From the NCBI GenBank assembly GCA_029253325.1, contig JAQWZS010000002.1:1-34760 (forward strand): a stretch of 34,760 nt of DNA, given 5' to 3'. The notes under the pieces were generated by a model. That model did not search any database, was not told where the DNA came from, and saw only the letters and a program-made list of their open reading frames with translations. Below are positions 17,630 through 25,197 of this stretch, piece by piece. A program made the translations under genes and the position numbers. Within the stretch, counting starts at the first letter, position 1. Each line of letters opens with the position of its first letter. Source of the stretch: Bacteroidia bacterium (GTDB lineage Bacteria > Bacteroidota > Bacteroidia > NS11-12g > UBA9320).

Positions 17630-18538
17630 CTAGGCAGGCAAAAATAGCGTATTATCACGGATGTTTGCATTCATGCCAAGTCTGAGAGATAGATTAGGTT
17701 GAGTGTGTCCGGCATCTAATCCAAAATAGACGGGGTAATCATAATCTTTGGTGTGATCTGAAATGATTTGCAGTGCATTTTTTCCATAAGGAATGGGATT
17801 GTCATTCATATCGCTCATTCCACCAATAACGAGTGCAGACAATGCTTGTAACTTGCCTGTTCTTTTGAGATTCATCATCATACGATCAATATGATATAGA
17901 TACTCATCTAAATCTTCCAAAAATAGTATGCAGCCATCGGTAGAAATATCAGATTTAGAACCGCACAAGCTGTAAAGCATACTAAGGTTTCCTCCAATTA
18001 ATCGGCCACTAGCTTCTCCATATCTATTTAGTGAGTTATTAGGCAAATGGTATGATAAATCTTTGCCAAATAAAGCATCAATTAAACTTTGGTTACTGGC
18101 AGTTTCCTGGAAATCATCAGACCCTGTAATGTTGATGGGCATAGTGCAATGAAGGGTTGGGAATCCATAATTAGCTTGAATATGTGAATGGATAGCCGTA
18201 ACATCACTATAACCTAGAATCCATTTTTTTTTATCAATTACTGGTTGAAAATTCAGTTGATCTAGTATTCTAACCGATCCATACCCTCCTCGTGAACATA
18301 GAATTGCTTGAATATTTGGGTCGTCAATGAAGTCTTGAAAGTCATGAATTTTATCTGAATCAGACCCCGCCATTTGGTCGAGTATGTTGAACATATTGGG
18401 ACCGAGTTCTACATTGAGTCCAAATTTATTGAGCCATTTAATGGTAGGTTCGACCTGTTTTCGGTTGATGTGGCGAGCTGGAGATACGATGCCTACTGTA
18501 TCCCCTTTTTTAAGATATCGTGGGGTGAATGGACTCAT
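17630..18538 (-). CDS. ldcA: LD-carboxypeptidase (peptidase S66, muramoyltetrapeptide carboxypeptidase-like)
   Basis: GDTVGIVSPA start; GGYGSVRIL; the nucleophile-Ser region WILGYSDVTAIH; GGNLSMLYSLCGS; and a C-terminal GLDAGHTQPN His region. Confidence 0.85.
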   Translation of the reverse strand: MSPFTPRYLKKGDTVGIVSPARHINRKQVEPTIKWLNKFGLNVELGPNMFNILDQMAGSDSDKIHDFQDFIDDPNIQAILCSRGGYGSVRILDQLNFQPVIDKKKWILGYSDVTAIHSHIQANYGFPTLHCTMPINITGSDDFQETASNQSLIDALFGKDLSYHLPNNSLNRYGEASGRLIGGNLSMLYSLCGSKSDISTDGCILFLEDLDEYLYHIDRMMMNLKRTGKLQALSALVIGGMSDMNDNPIPYGKNALQIISDHTKDYDYPVYFGLDAGHTQPNLSLRLGMNANIRDNTLFLPA

Positions 18539-18641
18539 TTTTAAAAAAGCAAATATTATCTTTTATTTTTTTCTTTTTTAACCCCATTCTAAACAAGCCC
18601 ATCAAAGCCCTCAAAATAAAGATTTTCGAGGAGCATTACTA

Positions 18642-18649
18642 TACATTTG
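18642..18649 (+). promoter_or_regulatory. -7 promoter box (TACATTTG) for the acyl-CoA dehydrogenase gene
   Basis: Exact TAnnTTTG match 12 nt upstream of the ATG at 18662. Confidence 0.5.
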
Positions 18650-18661
18650 TGAAAAAACAGT

Positions 18662-19804
18662 ATGGATATTAAACTTTCAGAAGAGCATTTAATGATACAA
18701 AAGGCTGCTAGAGATTTTGCAGAATCGGAGTTATTGCCGGGTGTTATTGAGCGAGATAACGAACAGCGATTCCCAACTGAACAAATAAAAAAATTAGGGG
18801 AGTTAGGCATGTTGGGGATGATGGTTGACCCTCAATGGGGCGGCAGCGGTATGGATACCATTAGCTATGTGTTAGCTATGGAGGAAATCTCCAAAGTAGA
18901 TGCTAGTGCAAGTGTGGTGATGAGTGTAAATAACTCGTTAGTTTGTTGGGGAATAGAAAAATATGGAAATGATGATCAGAAGGAACGTTTTCTTAAGCCC
19001 CTAGCGAGTGGCCAAATTCATGGTGGTTTTTGCCTAAGTGAACCTGAAGCAGGTAGTGATGCTACAAGTCAAAAAACTACAGCAATTGATATGGGAGATC
19101 ATTATTTATTAAATGGTACCAAGAATTGGATTACTAATGGTAAGACAGGTAGCACTTTTTTAGTAATGGCTCAAACAGATATTGAAAAAGGACACAAGGG
19201 GATTAATTGCTTGATTGTAACTTCTGATATGGAAGGGTTTACAGTAGGTAATAAAGAAGATAAATTAGGAATCCGTGGGTCAGATACTCATTCAATCATG
19301 TTTCAAGATGTGAAAGTACCTAAAGAAAATCGCCTCGGTGAGGAAGGATTTGGGTTCAAGTTTGCCATGCAGGTTCTTAGTGGTGGACGAATAGGAATTG
19401 CTGCCCAAGCTCTTGGAATTGCAAGTGGAGCTTATGAGCGATCATTACAATATTCAAAAGAACGTAAAGCATTTGGAACGGAAATCATGAATCATCAAGC
19501 CATTCAATTCAAGTTGGCTGATATGGCTACACGTATTGAAGCTTCAAGGCTTTTATGTTTTAAAGCTGCAGCACTAAAGGATGCGGGAGAAGATTATTCA
19601 CAAGCATCAAGTATGGCTAAATTATATGCTTCAGAAACAGCAATGTGGGTTGCCACAGAGGCAGTTCAAATTCATGGAGGGTATGGTTTTGTGAAAGAAT
19701 ATCATGTAGAGCGAATGATGCGGGACGCTAAAATTACTCAAATCTATGAGGGTACGAGCGAAGTGCAACGAATCGTGATAGCTCGAAGTATCTTAAAAGG
19801 GTAA
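18662..19804 (+). CDS. acyl-CoA dehydrogenase (short/medium-chain, butyryl-CoA dehydrogenase-like)
   Basis: 380 aa. Motifs: GFCLSEPEAGSDA, NGTKNWITNG, and QIHGGYGFVKEYHVERMMRDAKITQIYEGTSEVQRIVIAR. Confidence 0.9.
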   Translation: MDIKLSEEHLMIQKAARDFAESELLPGVIERDNEQRFPTEQIKKLGELGMLGMMVDPQWGGSGMDTISYVLAMEEISKVDASASVVMSVNNSLVCWGIEKYGNDDQKERFLKPLASGQIHGGFCLSEPEAGSDATSQKTTAIDMGDHYLLNGTKNWITNGKTGSTFLVMAQTDIEKGHKGINCLIVTSDMEGFTVGNKEDKLGIRGSDTHSIMFQDVKVPKENRLGEEGFGFKFAMQVLSGGRIGIAAQALGIASGAYERSLQYSKERKAFGTEIMNHQAIQFKLADMATRIEASRLLCFKAAALKDAGEDYSQASSMAKLYASETAMWVATEAVQIHGGYGFVKEYHVERMMRDAKITQIYEGTSEVQRIVIARSILKG

Positions 19805-20920
19805 TCAGACGATCATTTCAAGAATATCTTCGGCAACACTAGCACTAAGTGCAACTCCCATGCCTCCAAGTCTGGCTGCAAGAAATACATGAGGTTCTAA
19901 TTTTTTAATGATAGGCATTTTTTGTTTTGATTTTCCCATCCCCATGATGCCACTCCATTGATATTCTACAGAAACAGGTCTACCCGTAATTTGCTCCTCC
20001 ATAAAGCGTTTGAGCTCAGAAATAATAACATCGCTTGTCTCAATTTTATCTGTGGTTTCTCCAATAGAGTCATAGTTTCTAGCTCCACCAAGAAGTATGC
20101 GGTTATCAATATCTCTCCAATAATAATAGCCATTATCATAATGATAAAGGCCTTCAATCGGCAATTGATCCATCTGTTCACTGACGATTACCTGCCCTCT
20201 ACATGGGGAAATATCCTCATCGACTAAATTAGGAGTGAATGCGTTGGTACACAATATTAAATTATTAGTTTCTAATTGAATCTTTTGTTTAGTTTTAACG
20301 GTTATTTGAGTTTCACCGTTCCAATCGAGTACTTCTAATCCACCAATTAGATTGATATTTAAACTTTGAGCATAGCGGTAAATGGTACGATACATTTTGC
20401 CGGTATTGAGTTGCCCCTCATACTCATTATGGATAGTTCCTATTACACCAGGTAGTAAGCATTTGCTTTTGTATGTAAAAACACGGTCAAGGTCTAATTC
20501 TCGGGATAAAATAGTATTGATACCCTGCAAACTATCAATAGCTTCATGAAGTTCATGCTTATTTTTACGGGTGAATATCTCGATACTTCCTTTAGTTTGA
20601 TAGTCAATATTATGATCGCCAAATTTTTTTTGAAGTTTGATAAGCCCATGGTATCTTTTTGATATCGTTTCGTACACATTTTCTGGGGTATCATATTTCA
20701 GATCATCTAATATTTCAGAGACATTTGCAAAACATCCAAATCCAGCATTTCGAGTGCTAGCCCCTAGCCCCCAGCCATGCCTATCAATGACTGCAATACT
20801 TGCTTTTGGGTGTTTTTCTTTGAGATTAATTGCCGTTTGAAGACCTACAAGCCCCATCCCAACAATAAGGTAGTCAGAAGGAGAAATTAAGTATTCTTTT
20901 TCCCAATAGGAGAAATTCAT
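19805..20920 (-). CDS. FAD-dependent oxidoreductase (DAO / glycine-D-amino-acid oxidase family)
   Basis: N-terminal dinucleotide fold DYLIVGMGLVGLQTAINL...VIDR...GASTRNAGF, and the length is typical of the DAO family. Its stop abuts the acyl-CoA dehydrogenase stop with a 0-nt gap. Confidence 0.75.
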   Translation of the reverse strand: MNFSYWEKEYLISPSDYLIVGMGLVGLQTAINLKEKHPKASIAVIDRHGWGLGASTRNAGFGCFANVSEILDDLKYDTPENVYETISKRYHGLIKLQKKFGDHNIDYQTKGSIEIFTRKNKHELHEAIDSLQGINTILSRELDLDRVFTYKSKCLLPGVIGTIHNEYEGQLNTGKMYRTIYRYAQSLNINLIGGLEVLDWNGETQITVKTKQKIQLETNNLILCTNAFTPNLVDEDISPCRGQVIVSEQMDQLPIEGLYHYDNGYYYWRDIDNRILLGGARNYDSIGETTDKIETSDVIISELKRFMEEQITGRPVSVEYQWSGIMGMGKSKQKMPIIKKLEPHVFLAARLGGMGVALSASVAEDILEMIV

Positions 20921-20992
20921 AAAACGAAGTTAATCAGAAAAGTTATTCCTATTCATCGATTATCTGTTTTAACAATTTCCTAACTTCGCCAA

Positions 20993-21934
20993 ATGACAAA
21001 ACGAATTACATCGTTGTTTGGAATAAGATACCCCATTATTCAAGCAGGGATGATTTGGTGTAGTGGATGGAGACTAGCAAGTGCTGTGAGTAATTCTGGA
21101 GGACTTGGGATCATTGGTGCAGGTAGTATGTACCCAGATATTTTAAGAGAACATATTCAAAAGTGTAAAAAAGCCACTAATCAACCTTTTGGAGTGAATA
21201 TTCCTTTGTTATATCCTGAAATCGAAAAGTTAATCCAGATTGTAATTGAAGAAAAAGTTCAAATTGTTTTTACATCAGCGGGTAATCCAGCTATTTGGAC
21301 AAAACATCTCAAGGAAAGAGGGATTATAGTTGTCCATGTGGTAAGCAATGAAAAGTTTGCATTAAAAGCAGAGTCTTGTGGTGTGGATGCTATTGTTGCT
21401 GAAGGTTTTGAGGCGGGAGGTCATAATGGTCGAGAGGAAACGACCACTCTTGTGCTTGTACCTCAACTATGTAAAATCGTCAAAATCCCTGTAATTGCTG
21501 CTGGAGGGATAGGCACAGGCAGAACGATGCTCGCAGCTATGGCTATGGGTGCTGAGGGTGTTCAAATTGGAAGTCGTTTTGTAACTTCTGAAGAGTCATC
21601 AGCTCATATCAATTTTAAAAGAGCAGTTTTAAAGGCCAAAGACGGTGACACTCAATTAAGCATAAAAAAACTTACTCCTGCACGCCTATTGAAAAATAAG
21701 TTCTGGGAACAAATTGCTCGTGCAGAAATGAGTGGGGCATCCGAAGACGAATTAAAAATAATTTTAGGGAGAGCAAGAGCAAAAAAGGGGATGTTTGAGG
21801 GAGACCTTGAAGAAGGAGAGCTTGAGATTGGTCAGATTAGCGGTTATATTGATGAGATAAAACCAGCAGCAGACATTGTTGTTGAAATAATAGCAGAGTA
21901 TAGGTCTGCGTTACAAGAATTGAAACCTATTTAA
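20993..21934 (+). CDS. NAD(P)H-dependent flavin oxidoreductase, nitronate monooxygenase / FabK family
   Basis: YPIIQAGMIWCSGWRLASAVSNSGGLGIIGAG; AEGFEAGGHNG; PVIAAGGIGTGR...GAEGVQIGSRF. Motifs alone cannot separate NMO from the enoyl-ACP reductase FabK. Confidence 0.8.
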   Translation: MTKRITSLFGIRYPIIQAGMIWCSGWRLASAVSNSGGLGIIGAGSMYPDILREHIQKCKKATNQPFGVNIPLLYPEIEKLIQIVIEEKVQIVFTSAGNPAIWTKHLKERGIIVVHVVSNEKFALKAESCGVDAIVAEGFEAGGHNGREETTTLVLVPQLCKIVKIPVIAAGGIGTGRTMLAAMAMGAEGVQIGSRFVTSEESSAHINFKRAVLKAKDGDTQLSIKKLTPARLLKNKFWEQIARAEMSGASEDELKIILGRARAKKGMFEGDLEEGELEIGQISGYIDEIKPAADIVVEIIAEYRSALQELKPI

Positions 21935-21940
21935 ATACGG

Positions 21941-22567
21941 GTGATCGACCGAATAAAAAAATATTTAATTGATGGAGAAGGTGAAACTCTTGATTACAAA
22001 CAAGAGATAAGTAGTGCTTCTAAAATTGCAAAAACAATGGTCAGTTTTGCCAATCACAAAGGAGGTGTTCTCTTGGTAGGGGTAAGAGATAATCGGAGTA
22101 TTGCTGGTATTCGAAGTGAAGATGAAAAGTACATGCTTGATTTAGCTGCATCGTTTTACTGCAAACCCGAGATAGAATTGGAGCTTGAGGAGCATAACAT
22201 TGGTGGTAAAGTAATCTTGGAATGTACAGTCCCAGAAGGGGAGTCAAAACCATACTCAGCAAAAGGAGAGGATGGCAAATGGTGGGTTCATATTCGGAGT
22301 AAAGATAAAAGTCTTTTGGCGAGTAAAATTATTGTTGACGTACTAAAAAGACAATCAAGCAATAAAGGGACACTAATAAAGTATGGCAAGAATGAGGAGG
22401 CACTTCTTAAATACTTGGAGGACAATGATCGAATAACACTTCAGCAATTCCGTAAGATGGTAAATATTAGTAAGTGGAGGGCTTCAAAAATTCTGGTAAA
22501 TCTGATTAGTGCAGGTGTAATTCTTAATCACACCCATGAAAAAACGGAGTTTTATACCCTCGTCTAA
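21941..22567 (+). CDS. AlbA_2 (Schlafen-like divergent-AAA) domain protein with a C-terminal winged-helix-like region
   Basis: GEGETLDYKQEISSASKIAKTMVSFANHKGGVLLVGVRDNRSIAGI matches the AlbA_2 signature (E..lEfK....i.k.i.AfaN..GG.l.iGV.D). The C-terminus ITLQQFRKMVNISKWRASKILVNLISAGVI looks like an HTH. The GTG start is needed because the first internal ATG would delete the conserved motif. Confidence 0.7.
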   Translation: MIDRIKKYLIDGEGETLDYKQEISSASKIAKTMVSFANHKGGVLLVGVRDNRSIAGIRSEDEKYMLDLAASFYCKPEIELELEEHNIGGKVILECTVPEGESKPYSAKGEDGKWWVHIRSKDKSLLASKIIVDVLKRQSSNKGTLIKYGKNEEALLKYLEDNDRITLQQFRKMVNISKWRASKILVNLISAGVILNHTHEKTEFYTLV

Positions 22568-22612
22568 GAACTGGCAGTAAAATATTTCTTATTTCAATTT
22601 CGTTTAGAATAT

Positions 22613-22620
22613 TACCTTTG
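22613..22620 (+). promoter_or_regulatory. -7 promoter box (TACCTTTG) for the first beta-barrel paralog
   Basis: Exact TAnnTTTG match. It overlaps the ORF-track TTG start at 22618, which therefore cannot be used. Confidence 0.45.
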
Positions 22621-22628
22621 TTAATTAC

Positions 22629-22642
22629 AGCTACATGTAGCT
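22629..22642. repeat. 14-bp perfect palindrome agctacatgtagct in the 5' leader of the 22663 gene
   Basis: Reads identically on both strands. It lies between the -7 box (22613-22620) and the ATG at 22663. Confidence 0.6.
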
Positions 22643-22662
22643 TTCATAGATATTCCAAAATC

Positions 22663-23580
22663 ATGAAAAAAATAAAAGCCAAAATAATCCTAAGTATTTC
22701 CTTGACCCTTTTTATGGGGATTCAAAGTGCCTCTGCTCAACGTTGGTTTAAATCAAGTTCGCTAGAATTTGGTCTAATCGGTGGGTTTAGCCATTACAAT
22801 GGCGATTTAGTCAAATCAGCGATAGAGCCTCGTGCTATGAAGCCAAGTTTTGGTGTTATTACACGATACTCGCCTCAACAAAGATTAACTATTCGATTGA
22901 GTGCTCAGTATGGTCAAATAGAAGGAAGAGATGATTGGTATGAAGATCGAGGCAAGACAAGAAACCTCAGTTTTCAGTCTGACTTATGGGACTTTACTGG
23001 TGCTTTAGAATACAATTTTAACACATTGGATAGAAAAGCAAAATCAGGGGTGGTGCCTTATGTTTATTCTGGGTTTAGTGTGTTTAAGTTTAATCCAAAA
23101 GCTGAATTTAATTACGATCCAAATGGTCAGATGGCCGCATACTTAACTCCTGGAGTATATGCAGAATTGGCAGATAGAGACGGAGAAATAGTTGAGTTGC
23201 AACCATTAGGCACAGAAGGACAAGAAACCACTGAATTCAATGATCGAAAACGATATGCTTTGACACAAATTGCTATTCCAATTGGAGCAGGTTTTAAATT
23301 TAAATTAAGTCATAATTGGATTGTAGGCATCGATTATGGAATGCGTTTTACATTTACAGACTACATGGACGATGTGAGTGAAACGTATGTTGATCCACAG
23401 CGACTTACAGCTCAATATGGCCCTATGTCTGCAGCTATGGCTGATCGGAGTGAGGTTCTTCACGATGAATTATTAAATAATCAAAGAGGCGATTCTAACG
23501 ACAATGATATTTATGGAATTTTTGGCGTGACAATCATGTATAGAATTCACGGTAATAGACCATCATGCCCATCTTTTTAA
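22663..23580 (+). CDS. outer-membrane beta-barrel protein, paralog 1 (DUF6089-like by recollection)
   Basis: Signal peptide MKKIKAKIILSISLTLFMGIQSASAQ. Shares blocks with the next gene: G..HYNGDL, RNLSFQSDLWDF..ALEYNF, IAIPIGAGFKFKL, DYMDDVSETY. Ends ...SCPSF. Confidence 0.75.
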   Translation: MKKIKAKIILSISLTLFMGIQSASAQRWFKSSSLEFGLIGGFSHYNGDLVKSAIEPRAMKPSFGVITRYSPQQRLTIRLSAQYGQIEGRDDWYEDRGKTRNLSFQSDLWDFTGALEYNFNTLDRKAKSGVVPYVYSGFSVFKFNPKAEFNYDPNGQMAAYLTPGVYAELADRDGEIVELQPLGTEGQETTEFNDRKRYALTQIAIPIGAGFKFKLSHNWIVGIDYGMRFTFTDYMDDVSETYVDPQRLTAQYGPMSAAMADRSEVLHDELLNNQRGDSNDNDIYGIFGVTIMYRIHGNRPSCPSF

Positions 23581-23584
23581 TAGT

Positions 23585-23610
23585 AAAATGGGGAATATTA
23601 TCCATTTTTT
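23585..23610 (+). terminator. weak AT-rich hairpin plus T-run between the two barrel paralogs (possible terminator)
   Basis: Stem aaaatgg / ccatttt (7 bp) with a 10-nt loop, running into tttttt. Confidence 0.3.
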
Positions 23611-23633
23611 AACAAGATAAATAACATCCCGTT

Positions 23634-23641
23634 TACTTTTG
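23634..23641 (+). promoter_or_regulatory. -7 promoter box (TACTTTTG) for the second beta-barrel paralog
   Basis: Exact TAnnTTTG match, with 4 nt before the TTG at 23646 and 13 nt before the in-frame GTG at 23655. Confidence 0.45.
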
Positions 23642-23645
23642 CGTA

Positions 23646-24452
23646 TTGTATAAAGTGCCTAACATTAAATCACTATCAGCAACACCTGTACTTTTTTGGA
23701 TATTTGCCATGATGAATTTTGGTGTATCTGCCCAGTCATGGGAAATTGGTGGGGCTATTGGGGTGTCTAATTACCATGGAGACTTAGCATATAATATTTC
23801 TCCAAAAGAAACTCATTTTTCAGGAGGAATATTTTTAAACTATAATTTCAATGAATATTGGTCTTACAGACCCACATTGTCTTATCTCAAGATATCGGGT
23901 GCAGATAGTAATTTTACAGATTACGAACTCAGAAATTTAAGCTTTAGAAATAATATTTATGAATTATCTAATGCATTAGAATTTAACTTCAAACCCTTTA
24001 GTAATCGAGATATTCATACAAAAACTACATTTTATGCAACAGCTGGTCTAGCTATATTTATGCACAAACCTGAGGCATTTTTGAATGGAGAGTGGTACAA
24101 TCTTTCTGACTTGGCTACTGAGAATCAAAATTATAGTTTATTCCAATTTGCAATACCAATGGGTGCTGGAATTAAATATGCATTAACTGATAATTTGATT
24201 CTAGGCTTCGAAACAGCATGGAGAAAAACATTTATCGACTATTTAGATGATGTAAGTGGGGAGTATTCAGATGTCCAGAATGCGGATGGTTCGATTAATC
24301 GATTTGTAGATAGGTCTTGGGAATTAACATCTAATGGAAGACCTTTGGCAAATGATGGAGATATGCGAGGTGATCCCAATCTAAATGACTGGTATATTCA
24401 GTCTATTTTTAAGATATCCTACCGATTTACCCCAATTCAATGTCCTTATTAA
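23646..24452 (+). CDS. outer-membrane beta-barrel protein, paralog 2 (DUF6089-like); non-ATG start
   Basis: Motifs: SNYHGDL, RNLSFRNNIYELSNALEFNF, FAIPMGAGIKYAL, DYLDDVSGEY, ends ...QCPY. The signal peptide (KSLSATPVLFWIFAMMNFGVSAQ) exists only if translation starts at TTG 23646 or GTG 23655. The first ATG (23709) would leave no signal peptide. Confidence 0.7.
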   Translation: MYKVPNIKSLSATPVLFWIFAMMNFGVSAQSWEIGGAIGVSNYHGDLAYNISPKETHFSGGIFLNYNFNEYWSYRPTLSYLKISGADSNFTDYELRNLSFRNNIYELSNALEFNFKPFSNRDIHTKTTFYATAGLAIFMHKPEAFLNGEWYNLSDLATENQNYSLFQFAIPMGAGIKYALTDNLILGFETAWRKTFIDYLDDVSGEYSDVQNADGSINRFVDRSWELTSNGRPLANDGDMRGDPNLNDWYIQSIFKISYRFTPIQCPY

Positions 24453-24458
24453 CTTCAG

Positions 24459-25196
24459 ATGATCAAAGAAAATATTAATCCCGAACGATTGCCTAAGCAC
24501 ATTGCTATCATAATGGATGGAAATGGAAGATGGGCAAAGGAAAAAGGGAAATATCGAATATTTGGTCATGAAAATGGGGTCAAAGCTGTTAGTGAGGTTT
24601 CAGAGGGTTGTGCCGAGCTTGGAGTCAAGTACTTGACGCTGTATGCATTCAGCACAGAGAATTGGAATCGACCCAAAATGGAGGTCAATGCATTAATGAC
24701 TCTGCTTGTAAAAACTATCAAAAAAGAGACAGGCACGTTAATGAAAAATGGGATTAGGCTTGAGGCAATTGGCGACAAAACAACCTTACCTAAAGATTGC
24801 ATAAAAGAACTTGAAGAAGCTATTGAAGTAACAAAAGATAATGCTAAGATGACGCTAATATTGGCGTTAAGTTATAGTGCGAAGTGGGACATAGTGAATG
24901 CTACTCGAGATATTGTTAAACGTGCAATTGATGGGAAAATATCCCTAGATGATGTTAATGAAAAATTGATTAATAATACATTAACGACGCATAAATACCC
25001 TCACCCAGAGCTGATGATCCGTACAAGTGGCGAGCATCGAATAAGCAATTTTTTGCTTTGGGAGATAGCGTATAGTGAATTGTATTTTACCAATGTATTG
25101 TGGCCAGATTACAGAAAAGAACATTTGCATGAGGCAATAATAGATTACCAAAAAAGAGAACGAAGATTTGGAAAAACAAGTGAACAATTGGTTTAG
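24459..25196 (+). CDS. uppS: isoprenyl transferase (undecaprenyl-diphosphate synthase)
   Basis: PKHIAIIMDGNGRWAK...GH..G; LTLYAFSTENWNRP; IRTSGEHRISNFLLWEIAYSELYF; ERRFG. Confidence 0.95.
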   Translation: MIKENINPERLPKHIAIIMDGNGRWAKEKGKYRIFGHENGVKAVSEVSEGCAELGVKYLTLYAFSTENWNRPKMEVNALMTLLVKTIKKETGTLMKNGIRLEAIGDKTTLPKDCIKELEEAIEVTKDNAKMTLILALSYSAKWDIVNATRDIVKRAIDGKISLDDVNEKLINNTLTTHKYPHPELMIRTSGEHRISNFLLWEIAYSELYFTNVLWPDYRKEHLHEAIIDYQKRERRFGKTSEQLV

Positions 25197-25197
25197 A

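Noticed and set aside
20993-21934. Calling the flavoprotein FabK (enoyl-ACP reductase II)
   Set aside because: The motifs fit the whole NMO/FabK superfamily. Without phylogeny or knowledge of fabI/fabK content elsewhere in the genome, the specific assignment is not justified.
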